64,000 nt of DNA, from the NCBI GenBank assembly GCA_963823655.1, contig CAWGMK010000013.1:288001-352000 (forward strand). Reading direction: 5' to 3'. Source of the stretch: an uncultured Bacillota bacterium (GTDB taxonomy: Bacteria > Bacillota > DTU025 > MWDF01). Positions 20,188 through 28,986 of this stretch are shown piece after piece. Made by a program: the position numbers and the translations under genes. The stretch's first letter is position 1, and every line of letters starts with the position of its first letter. Under the pieces are notes generated by a model, which saw only the letters and a list, made by a program, of their open reading frames with translations, was not told where the DNA came from and searched no databases.

Positions 20188-20869
20188 ATGTTGTTGATCG
20201 ACTGGAGATTTCTCATTAGTCGATATGGGGCTTATCGTCCTTTCGTTGATCCTGGGCTCAGGCATAGGATACGAGAGGGAGGCCCATGGCAAGTCGGCTG
20301 GCCTTCGGACGCATGCCTTGGTCAGCGTGGGAGCAACATTGCTAACGATAGTATCAATGAGGGGATTCGGCGCCTGGGAGGGCGGCCTCAGGGATCCGGT
20401 GAGGATAGTCGGTCAGATTGTAGCCGGCATTGGTTTCCTTTGCGCAGGCACGATACTCCGAGACGGACTTAGCGTTAAGGGCCTTACAACGGCAGCCAGC
20501 CTTTGGACTACATGCATGATAGGCATTGTTGTGGGTACCGGGCTTATACAATACGGGATTCTTGGCGCTGTTATTGTTGTTCTGGTGCTTGGCCAGTTCA
20601 GCAAGATCGAATCAAGGATTTCGGTAAGAAGCATCTCCATGCTCAAGGTCGTAGCGACCGACAGGCCGGGCCTTCTGGGAGATATCGGACTTATACTAGG
20701 CAAATACCAAATTGGAATCAGCAAAAGCGAAATTAACTCGGATGTAAATTCCGGCCTTGTAAGCATAGATATGGAGCTGCGGAAACCTTCCAAGGACGTA
20801 AGCTTGTCGACGGCTGCGCTTGAGCTGAATTCTGTTCGCGGCATCCGCGATTATGAGATACATGAATAG
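20188..20869 (+). CDS. MgtC/SapB family protein with ACT domain, copy 2 (indel near 20217)
   Basis: IGYERE...AGLRTH, DPVRIVGQIVAGIGF, GLTTAASLW and DRPGLL. Confidence 0.9.
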
Positions 20870-20876
20870 GAGCAAT

Positions 20877-21654
20877 ATGAAAGTATTAGTATCCAATGAC
20901 GACGGAATCCACGCTGAAGGGCTGGCGTCATTATGCAATTCGCTGAGCTCACTTAACCTTGAAGTATATGTGTGTGCGCCGGACAGGGAAAGAAGCGCTG
21001 CCAGCCATGCGCTGACGATGTACACTCCCTTGAGGTGCCATAGCTGTTGATTCCCCCGGCTTCCAGGCGAAGAAAGCATGGACTGCCGACGGAACGCCCG
21101 CAGATTGCGTCAAAATCGCCCTGGAACTGCTTATGAAGGATGACCTTCCCGATTTTGTAGTATCAGGTATCAACCGCGGGCCGAACCTCGGAAACGACAT
21201 CCTTTACTCCGGAACGGTAGCTGCGGCAGCTGAAGGCTGCTTCTTCGGCATTCCTTCAATGGCAGTGTCATGCACAGCCAAAAGGAAGCCCGACTATAAC
21301 GCCGCTTCGGCCTTCATAACCGACCACTTTCTAGGGCTTATGGAGAACGGCTTGCCTCAGGGCACAATGCTAAACGTGAACGTACCGCCGGAGGCCAAGA
21401 CCGAGGCGGGGAAGGCAGTCCTAAGGTTCACAAAAGCAGGGACCATGAAATATGCAGACATCTTTGAAGTCAGGAATGATCCGAGAGGTAAGCAATACCT
21501 ATGGATGTCCGGCGAGCCTGTTGAGGTGGATACCGACCCAACCTTCGATACGGTAACGATAAGGAATGGGTATGTATCAGTAACACCAGTAAGGTTTGAA
21601 CTCACTGATGATGAGTATTTAAATAGCCTGAGGGACAACAATCGAGAGAAGTAA
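20877..21654 (+). CDS. surE: 5'/3'-nucleotidase SurE (indel near 21040)
   Basis: MKVLVSNDDGI, DGTPADCV and SGINRGPNLGNDILYSGTV. Confidence 0.93.
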
Positions 21655-21681
21655 GTTTACGTACATATTATTATGTCAACT
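21654..21681 (+). other. Secondary dif-like (XerC/D) site
   Basis: AGTTTACGTAC-ATATTA-TTATGTCAACT has 11-6-11 architecture with a near-canonical XerD arm. Confidence 0.5.
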
Positions 21682-21698
21682 TGGCGGTTATAGAATAA

Positions 21699-21774
21699 TG
21701 GCAGGGGAGACAGGACTTGAACCCGCAACCCTCGGTTTTGGAGACCGATGCTCTGCCAGTTGAGCTACTCCCCT
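21699..21774 (-). tRNA. tRNA-Trp (CCA)
   Basis: AGGGGAGTAGCTCAACTGGCAGAGCATCGGTCTCCAAAACCGA...GGTTCAAGTCC...CCCCTGCCA; 76 nt with encoded CCA. Confidence 0.97.
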
Positions 21775-21801
21775 GCGATGGCATATTTGCTTGCAATATG
21801 T

Positions 21802-21830
21802 ATTCTACCTAGTATAAGTCTTAGTGTCAA
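21802..21830 (-). promoter_or_regulatory. Sigma-A promoter of tRNA-Trp
   Basis: TTGACA-17 nt-TAGAAT on the - strand. Confidence 0.8.
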
Positions 21831-21867
21831 TTCGATAACTCATTATAAGTGCATGGAGGTAGACAAA

Positions 21868-22446
21868 ATGGATGAGTTCAAGGTACCGGTAGGAATATCC
21901 AACAGGCATCTTCACCTGAGCGAGGCGGATCTTCATACTCTTTTCGGAGATGGATCTTGCTTGACCGTAAAGAAGCCGCTTTCACAGAAGGGGCAATACG
22001 CCTGTGAGGAGCTAGTTACTATAGTAGGACCCAAGGGAAGCCTCAGCAATGTTAGGGTTCTCGGACCTACAAGGAAGCAGACCCAGGTGGAAGTCTCCAA
22101 TACAGACGCAAGAGGGCTGGGCCTTGAGCCACCGGTAAGGGACAGCGCAGATCTTGCAGGAAGCGCGTCCGTAAAGCTTGTAGGGCCCAAGGGCGAGCTT
22201 ACGTTGCCAGAGGGTTGCATCATTGCCAAGCGCCACATCCATATAAACGACGAAGATGCAGCAAAGCTTGGCTTGAAGGACAGACAGCTAGTTAAGGCAA
22301 AGGTCGCCGGCAACCGTGGGCTGGTCTTTGATGAAGTTCTAATCAGGGTGCATCCGACATTCGTGCTCGAAATGCACTTGGATACGGATGAGGCTAATGC
22401 ATGCTCTTTGAAGAACGGCGAGACAGTCACCCTTATAACAGGCTAA
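21868..22446 (+). CDS. pduL: PduL-type phosphate acyltransferase (phosphotransacylase)
   Basis: PVGISNRHLHL, VRVLGPTR, AKRHIH and EMHLDTDEANA; RBS GGAGG. Confidence 0.92.
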   Translation: MDEFKVPVGISNRHLHLSEADLHTLFGDGSCLTVKKPLSQKGQYACEELVTIVGPKGSLSNVRVLGPTRKQTQVEVSNTDARGLGLEPPVRDSADLAGSASVKLVGPKGELTLPEGCIIAKRHIHINDEDAAKLGLKDRQLVKAKVAGNRGLVFDEVLIRVHPTFVLEMHLDTDEANACSLKNGETVTLITG

Positions 22447-22466
22447 TCAGGGGTGGCGAGCGTCTT

Positions 22467-22897
22467 GTGTTGCTGGAAGGCCCTAATGTAAAGACCTGGC
22501 TCCATTTCGAAGGCGAAATGGAGTCGGGTTCATCTTCATCGCTAGTCATTGCCATGCTGGGTGGACGCATCGTCCTTGTCTATAATGTGGCAAGAGGCGG
22601 CTGGGAGATACCCGGTGGTAAGCAAGAAGATGGTGAATCGCAGCTGGAATGCGCCCAAAGGGAGCTGCTACGAAGAAACCGGCCTGTTATCAGGTGAAAT
22701 GGTCCTTATATGCAGCTATCTGGTAGAAAAAGACGGCCGCCAGATGAAGGGCAACATCTTCGGATGCGAAATTAGCGGCCTTTGAACCGGTCCCGGACGG
22801 CGCTGAAACATCCGGAGTCGGGCTCTTTAAGGATTGCCCTTCAAAAGTAACCATGGACGATGGTTTCCTCCAATACATTTTCAAGAAGCTCTTATAA
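22467..22897 (+). CDS. NUDIX hydrolase (two indels)
   Basis: RGGWEIPGGKQEDGESQLECAQREL + EETG Nudix box spread across frames. Confidence 0.75.
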
Positions 22898-22915
22898 GAT
22901 ATCAGGGGTGAGATT

Positions 22916-23128
22916 ATGCCAATATTCGAATTTAAGTGTGAGGACTGCTGCAATCAATTCGAGACATTAGCCAAGAAGGACGAACAAGTAAGTTGCCCAA
23001 AATGCCAATCCAAGAACACCAGGAAGCTGCTTTCGAAATTCGGTTTTGCTTCTGGCGCGGGTTTTAGATCATCTGTGGGAAGCGGCGACTGCGGAAGTTG
23101 CAGCAGCACGTCATGCACACCGACTTGA
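22916..23128 (+). CDS. FmdB family zinc-ribbon regulatory protein
   Basis: MPIFEFKCEDC...CPKC...KLLS and a Cys-rich tail. Confidence 0.88.
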   Translation: MPIFEFKCEDCCNQFETLAKKDEQVSCPKCQSKNTRKLLSKFGFASGAGFRSSVGSGDCGSCSSTSCTPT

Positions 23129-23172
23129 GGACATTCACATTAGGGGCCAGTTTGGCTCCTTCTATATATAAT

Positions 23173-23200
23173 GGTTAACATAATGTGTATTATGCGACAT
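23173..23200 (-). other. Chromosomal dif site (XerC/XerD dimer resolution)
   Basis: The - strand reads ATGTCGCATAA-TACACA-TTATGTTAACC (11-6-11). It is intergenic between convergent genes, at the point where coding-strand bias flips. Confidence 0.85.
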
Positions 23201-23273
23201 CATATATAAGAGTAAAGGGCCCTCTCCCGGGGCCCCGATTATTTGCAGAACGTCATGCACATGACTTCGTGGA

Positions 23274-23640
23274 TCAAGACGTTACTATCTTCTTTCGTAA
23301 GCTATTGTCACTGGCCAGTACGGCATCCCTTACCGGTATCGACAATCTCATACCCGGGAATATCATTCCGTCCTGAATCCCGTTCTTTTTAATTGTCTCT
23401 TCTACGATACCTCTAATATCTTCGGTATCCCCGTATATGGATCTTACGCATTCCCAAACGGTATCTCCGGCCTTCACTTCAACGCTGTAGTAATCAAGCA
23501 TCTCCCCATCATTGCGCGCCAGAGGAGCTGAATACCAGACCAAGCATCAATGTCACAAGCGATATAGCTGTTATGAATATTACCAGCTTATCGGGGCTGT
23601 ACCTCTTGATCTTCGCGGTATAGTGGACGACTCCTAACAT
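23274..23640 (-). CDS. yneA: YneA-like LysM cell-division inhibitor (indel near 23530)
   Basis: ATG 23640 after GGAGG, a TM helix, then LysM VEVKAGDTVW...IKKNGI..GMIFPGMRLSIP. Divergent from lexA with SOS boxes. Confidence 0.8.
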
Positions 23641-23657
23641 GTTGCCGCACCTCCTAC

Positions 23658-23671
23658 CGAACATATGTTCT
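23658..23671. promoter_or_regulatory. LexA (Cheo/SOS) box
   Basis: CGAACATATGTTCT matches Firmicutes CGAACnnnnGTTCG. Confidence 0.85.
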
Positions 23672-23715
23672 GTTTTGATTATAGAGCCACTTTCGGTCAG
23701 GCAGTCAAGAGGAAT

Positions 23716-23729
23716 CGAACAAATGTTTG
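23716..23729. promoter_or_regulatory. LexA (Cheo/SOS) box
   Basis: CGAACAAATGTTTG upstream of lexA. Confidence 0.8.
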
Positions 23730-23783
23730 TATCATATGCATTGTTCTGATATATTAGGATTATAAAAACAAAGGGGTGTTAAA

Positions 23784-24399
23784 ATGCAGAGCCTTAACGA
23801 TAGAGAAGCAAGGATACTTAACTTCATATGCAATGAGGCTTCCGAAAAGGGCTTCCCCCCATCCGTAAGGGAGATTTGCGCAGCTGTAGGTCTGAAGTCC
23901 ACCTCGACTGTACATGGCTATCTAAATGCCCTTGAGAAGAAGGGCTTTATAAAGAGGGATTTGACCAAGCCTCGGGCTATAGATGTCCTTCAGAATTCCA
24001 GCGATTCGCAGAATATGAGAAGGATAGCGAAAAGCGTCCCGCTCATCGGCGCCGTTACTGCGGGCCTCCCTATCCTGGCGACGGAGAACATTACCGACTA
24101 TATTCCCCTGCCTAAGGAATGGGTCGGTGAGGACAAGGTCTTCATGTTGAAGTGTTAAAGGCGACAGCATGATCAATGCAGGCATATTCGATTCCGATAT
24201 GCTGGTGGTTAGAAGCCAGTCGGACGCCGAGAACGGCGACATCGTCGTGGCTATGATTGAAGACGAAGCAACGGTCAAACGCATGTACAAATCCAAAGGG
24301 CGCATCGAACTGCATCCGGAAAACCCATCCTATAGCGTGATAATCTCGGATTCAACCCAAGTATTGGGCAAGGTAATAGGCCTTATGAGGAAAATATAA
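23784..24399 (+). CDS. lexA: SOS repressor LexA (indel near 24153)
   Basis: PPSVREICAAVGLKSTSTVH, VTAGLPILA cleavage site, (V)KGDSMINAGI and ATVKR. Confidence 0.95.
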
Positions 24400-24400
24400 G

Positions 24401-24426
24401 GCCCCGCCGTTAAGCGGGGCAATTTT
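24401..24426 (+). terminator. Terminator after lexA
   Basis: GCCCCGC-CGTTAA-GCGGGGC followed by AATTTT. Confidence 0.6.
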
Positions 24427-24458
24427 CAATATTCAATTGGATACGCCCATCTTCGCTC

Positions 24459-24824
24459 CTACATCTTCGTTCCTATCGATGAAGTATCCTTCATATCCTT
24501 CTTCTCAACGCCACACGCCTTAAAGAAAATCTCCAAGGCCTGTTTGGCACCCCGATCCTCGGGGCTGCTCATCTGCGGCTTGTCATACAGTGTCGGCAGT
24601 TGCTGGTACCATTGCTTGGCAAGCAGGATCGCTCCTTCGACTCCTTCTCCACCTACGACGCCGATAAGTCGGTCATAAGTGTTCCTTCTTGCTGTCGCTT
24701 GCTTCGCCCAGAAATCGGGGTTCTCAGTCAACTGCGCAGCGAGGAAATCTTGTTTCGCGATGGCCCTGAAGCTTTCGAGCCCCCGCAGAATATCCTCGCT
24801 CGATATGAGGTTCATGGCACTCAC
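24459..24824 (-). CDS. Hypothetical protein
   Basis: 121-aa ORF with RBS (AAGGAAAGG) and plausible composition; no motif recognised. Confidence 0.6.
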   Translation of the reverse strand: MSAMNLISSEDILRGLESFRAIAKQDFLAAQLTENPDFWAKQATARRNTYDRLIGVVGGEGVEGAILLAKQWYQQLPTLYDKPQMSSPEDRGAKQALEIFFKACGVEKKDMKDTSSIGTKM

Positions 24825-24872
24825 ACCTTTCCTTGTTAATGAACCGTCCCTACTTAATTATACGATATTATC

Positions 24873-25506
24873 TCAAGATTCCTCACTAAGTAAAGACAAT
24901 ACTTTCTTCATGTCCGCCCATACATCCGCCTTCTTGGAAGGATCCCTCAGCAAGGCCGCCGGATGGAAGGTCGGCAGATAAGTCATTTCGTTATGGATCA
25001 GCACCTTCCCCCTCGCTTTGGTGATGCCGTCCTTGGTATCGGGGAATATGGACTTATAAGCAGTGGAACCGAGCAACACAATGACCTTCGGCTTTATTAT
25101 ATCAATCTGCCTGTTCAGATATCCTATACAGCTTTCGACCTCATCCTTCTCGGGCAAACGGTTCGCAGGGGGCCTGCACTTCACGATGTTGCCGATGTAT
25201 ACCTCTTCCCTGCTCATTCCCATAGCGGCGATGATATTGTCCAGCAGGTGGCCCGCAGCACCGATGAATGGCCTTCCCTTTGCGTCCTCGTCCGCCCCCG
25301 GCCCCTCGCCTATGAACATCAGCTTCGCTTCGATGTTGCCCTCTCCAGGCACAGTATTTGTCCTGGTTAAATGCAATCTGCATCTCGTGCACTTGGCCAC
25401 TTCGGCCTCTATAGCCCGCCATAAGAAGCTTCCTGTCGTAGATCTTAGTCACGATTTCGTCGGATTTCTCCTGCTCAGAGCCGAAAAGGCTAAACTGGAC
25501 ATCCAA
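24873..25506 (-). CDS. Family 4 uracil-DNA glycosylase (4Fe-4S), indel near 25415
   Basis: CTRCRL, GEGPG, GRPFIGAAG, NIVKCRPPANR and TFHPAALLR. Confidence 0.92.
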
Positions 25507-25587
25507 TTGGCAGCACGCCCTTCCATGTAGAAAGTAATTGCAGATGAAAAGCTTCTGTTATATTATATTTATTGTCTGATTAGCAGT

Positions 25588-25664
25588 CGAGGTGTAGCGC
25601 AGTTTGGTAGCGCGCTTGGTTCGGGACCAAGAGGCCCCGGGTTCAAGTCCCGGCACCTCGACCA
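25588..25664 (+). tRNA. tRNA-Pro (CGG)
   Basis: CGAGGTG acceptor, CTTGG-TTCGGGA-CCAAG anticodon arm, GGTTCAAGTCC and ACCA end. Confidence 0.96.
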
Positions 25665-25670
25665 ATTTTT

Positions 25671-25754
25671 GCGAGAGTGGCGGAACGGCAGACGCACCAG
25701 ACTTAGGATCTGGCGGGGTGACTCGTGCGGGTTCAAGTCCCGCCTCTCGCACCA
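25671..25754 (+). tRNA. tRNA-Leu (TAG)
   Basis: GCGAGAG acceptor, CCAGA-CTTAGGA-TCTGG arm, long variable arm and ACCA end. Confidence 0.96.
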
Positions 25755-25811
25755 ATTCCCTTAATCATAAGGATTCTTGCGGCCATGGGCCGCTTTTTCT
25801 TTTTTACCCCG

Positions 25812-26699
25812 CTACTCCTGCCGATTTCCATAGATTTGCTGATTTATCTCATCCAGCGACTCCATGGTGGCCTTTAGCCCTTTCTCTATGATCTCCTCCG
25901 CCTTGAAGAACTCGTGAGCCAGATAGCCCTCAATGGCTGGCCTGATTTTAACATCGGCATGATGGACGACCATCTTCACAAGCCTCTCCTGGAATATGTC
26001 AAAGCTGTTTAGCAGCACTGTTATCATATTGGGTGCGCCTTTGATGTTCGTTTTCGACACATCCGGAACAACGTCAACTCCTATAACAATATCGATGCCG
26101 ATCGCAGTCAAGTAGTCGCTTGGCACCGGATTTGACACGGCGCCATCAACGTAGTATTCCTCCTCAATCATATGAGGCACGAACACGCCTGGAATTGAAA
26201 TCGACGCTCTGACGGCGCTCCAGACGGCTCCTGTGTCGAATGCTTTCTCTTCGCCTGTCTTAATATTGGTTGATATTGCGATGAAAGGCATCTTCGTCTC
26301 GGCGAAAGTGCAATTATTCGTCAGCTTCATTATTAGCTTGTTGATCCTGCTGCCCCTCATCAAGCCAGACCTGCCCGTAATGCCAAGATCCAGGTACTTG
26401 ATTATGTCGGCCTGCCCTATAGATACCGCAAGCTCCGCCATCTCTCTCGTAGAAGTGCCACAAGCGTACGCTCCGCCCACAAGAGCGCCTGCGCTGCAGC
26501 CGACTATTGCGTCAATCGGGATATTGTTGTCCTCCAGGACCTTAAGAACGCCGATATGTGCAAGGCCCCTCGCAGCGCCCGAACCCAGCGCCAAACCTAC
26601 TGTCTTTCTGCCCAGGCCCTGCTTCAGAACGGTAATCCTTCCTCTTGGCTCCTTCAGGAATTCTTCGTCAGCCAGCACCCTGGCAATGCTGTCTAGCAT
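25812..26699 (-). CDS. Patatin-like phospholipase (RssA/NTE family)
   Basis: LGSGAARGLAHIGV, GCSAG (GxSxG), ASISIPGVF and DGA motifs. Confidence 0.92.
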   Translation of the reverse strand: MLDSIARVLADEEFLKEPRGRITVLKQGLGRKTVGLALGSGAARGLAHIGVLKVLEDNNIPIDAIVGCSAGALVGGAYACGTSTREMAELAVSIGQADIIKYLDLGITGRSGLMRGSRINKLIMKLTNNCTFAETKMPFIAISTNIKTGEEKAFDTGAVWSAVRASISIPGVFVPHMIEEEYYVDGAVSNPVPSDYLTAIGIDIVIGVDVVPDVSKTNIKGAPNMITVLLNSFDIFQERLVKMVVHHADVKIRPAIEGYLAHEFFKAEEIIEKGLKATMESLDEINQQIYGNRQE

Positions 26700-26829
26700 A
26701 TGCTCACCTCACAAGTTCAAAAGAAAGTATGACAATGATATTTTCCTCTAAGTATGGACTCATTCCTTCTTGTCACTATCCACCGAAGGCAAAAAAATAT
26801 GGGGCCATCCTATGAAGGACAACCCCATT

Positions 26830-26907
26830 TGGTCGGAGCGGGGAGACTTGAACTCCCGACCTCTTGCACCCCAAGCAAGCGCGCTAGCCAAACTGCGCCA
26901 CGCCCCG
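26830..26907 (-). tRNA. tRNA-Pro (GGG)
   Basis: CGGGGCG acceptor, CTTGC-TTGGGGT-GCAAG arm, GTTCAAGT and ACCA end. Confidence 0.95.
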
Positions 26908-26922
26908 TCGCTAACAATCAAT

Positions 26923-26951
26923 ATAATACCAGCATCTCTCCACCCTTTCAA
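26923..26951 (-). promoter_or_regulatory. Sigma-A promoter of tRNA-Pro(GGG)
   Basis: TTGAAA-17 nt-TATTAT with TG extension on the - strand. Confidence 0.65.
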
Positions 26952-27053
26952 TACATTCCTGTTCAAAGAATTGCATCCCGATGCCAATCTTACATATGTC
27001 AACTAAATGGATTATACATTGCTATTCATCACCGTATACCCAGTTATAAAGCA

Positions 27054-27082
27054 AAAAGTAGACATTTATTATGTCTACTTTT
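27054..27082 (-). terminator. Perfect 12-bp inverted repeat, probable terminator
   Basis: AAAAGTAGACAT-TTATT-ATGTCTACTTTT, 15 bp downstream of the 27098 stop. Confidence 0.6.
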
Positions 27083-27097
27083 AGTGCGATACCTTAT

Positions 27098-27760
27098 TTA
27101 CGGCCTCATGAATATGTTCCAGAGCCGGGCCGTTGATACAAGATCCATGATGTTATGGCGAATAATCGGAAGGAGCAAATCGTAATTGCGGCTATTTACA
27201 TATTCCCAATAGACCCTTGGAATTTTGCCGCCGGGGATATCGTCTTCCCTATTCCAGTCGGAGAGGCCCAGGATGTTTCGTTCAAGAGACTGCAAAGAGC
27301 AACTTGCAAGTTTATCCTTGTATCTCTTCCTCGCGGGTTTAAGAAGATCCACAGAGACGATGTCCGGAAGAGTGATGTTGCAGTAGCTCATCCTTTTCTC
27401 GATATAAGGGATGTCGAAGCTGTCGCCGTTGAAAGTCATCACTGCCGAGCGGTCCTTGACATGCGAGAGAAGCTGGTAGAGAACTGCCGGCTCCTCGGAG
27501 GGAGTGCGCGCCAGCAGCTGCGTGCACGATAGGCCGTCTTCCCGGGCGCTAAGAAGCCCTATTAGGAAAAGAGGCTGGTCTATGCCGGAAAGGCCCGTGG
27601 TTTCAATGTCCAGGAAATTGATGCCGAAGTAGTCCTCATATCTGATTTCTTTCACACAGGGAAGGGAGTTCTCGATGATGCTGCAGATGCCGAAGTCATT
27701 TCGCACGTCCTCGCCAACCAGCCTGGCCCCTGATACCAAATGTTCGTAGTCAGTCATCAT
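27098..27760 (-). CDS. YprB-like RNase H-fold 3'-5' exonuclease domain protein
   Basis: FLDIETTGLS, TFNGDSFDIP, REDDIPG and HNIMDL. Confidence 0.85.
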   Translation of the reverse strand: MMTDYEHLVSGARLVGEDVRNDFGICSIIENSLPCVKEIRYEDYFGINFLDIETTGLSGIDQPLFLIGLLSAREDGLSCTQLLARTPSEEPAVLYQLLSHVKDRSAVMTFNGDSFDIPYIEKRMSYCNITLPDIVSVDLLKPARKRYKDKLASCSLQSLERNILGLSDWNREDDIPGGKIPRVYWEYVNSRNYDLLLPIIRHNIMDLVSTARLWNIFMRP

Positions 27761-28982
27761 TTGGAGTAGGTATACCTCACTTTATACATCTGGGTTACCG
27801 TACCCTTCGCAGGCACAATAAGCCTTATAACTGCGGTGTTGCCCTCTTTTCGCTGCCAATCCGCGCCCGTGTTGTTTATGAGCTCCCAGTCGCCCGGGAA
27901 GCTCTCAATCAATTGGACTTCGGTTGCGGTAATCGAGGCAGACCTTACGATTATCCTGAATGATTCCTCATACGAGCTGGTCCCTACTGACTTGCTCTCC
28001 GTCTTTTCGATCTCGGCGGAAATTTCGGCGGCAGAGTCAATCTTTACGAGCATTCTTCCTCCGCTAACGCTAATATTCGCAGAATCAACGGATTTGGCCG
28101 GTACCATCCCGTTTTGTGCATCCTGCAGATATACTGCCATCTTTATTGTGCTCGAAGGCAGGCTCTCAAGCGCCGGAGACGACGAGGTCTCCATGAATAT
28201 GTCCAGTTTTATCTGCTCTTTCACAGCCTGCTTGCCCATGTAACCTTTAAGTCCCGAGCCGATGAGCCGCCTACGAAGACTCTATAAGGGACTGAAGCCA
28301 GCTCGGCGACCAGCAACTGAAGTTGGCTGTTGCCTGCAAGGTCAATGGACTGGCCAACGGGCTTTATCGCCTTCCACAGCTCAACTCCGCTGACAAGCCC
28401 CTGCGCAGATGGCAGGGATCCCCCGGGGCCGAACAGCAGGAACTCGGCATCGGTGAAATCGACAGAAGACAGGTTGCGTATGTTCAGGAAAAGCTGCGCA
28501 TCCAGGCTCATCGCAACCCCAGCGTTTATGTGCCCGGACACAGCCCAGCTGATGCTCCTTGTAAGGTATGTGATCTGGAATACCACAGGCCCGCCGTCCT
28601 TGGAAAAGGCCTTCCAGGAGAGCATTGAAGGAGCGTTCACCGCATTGCCGATAATAATGGACTCTATGCTGCAGCTGCCCTCAACCACCTTAATAAGAAG
28701 GCTGCCGTCTACAAGGCCTGAATCTGACTGCGCGCCGGTTACTAAGGAGATGCCCGGGCTCAACTCCGCACTTGCCACATAAGTGACCATTGCAAGGCCC
28801 TGGCTGCCCCCTAATATCTTCAGGTCCGACACAACGGCAGTTATACCGTCCTGGGCCCCTTGCGTCGGCGGTATGCCCTGCAAGGGTTGTGCCGAGGCGT
28901 TAAATGACGGCAAAGCCATGAATGCCGAAAGCAGCAGCATCGCTGACAACAGGTAAGTCCTATTTGTTCTGCGACGTATCAT
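27757..28982 (-). CDS. Secreted DUF4139-like protein (probably one gene split near 28240)
   Basis: Signal peptide, YLTRSISW...IRNLSSVDFTDAEFLL and C-terminal IESFPGDWEL...VPAKG...YKVRY. Confidence 0.6.
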
Positions 28983-28986
28983 GTGC

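Noticed and set aside
21868-22446. pduL as evidence of a bacterial microcompartment locus
   Set aside because: No shell-protein genes nearby and no N-terminal encapsulation extension; stand-alone PduL is common.
25588-26907. tRNA-flanked patatin gene as an integrated island or CBASS effector
   Set aside because: No att duplication, integrase or cyclase. It looks like an ordinary RssA-type patatin.
26996-27004. ATGTCAACT partial XerD-arm match
   Set aside because: Incomplete arm with no partner arm at 6-bp spacing.
27054-27082. Inverted repeat containing TTATGTCTACT as another dif site
   Set aside because: The arm spacing is wrong for 11-6-11, and its position fits a terminator.
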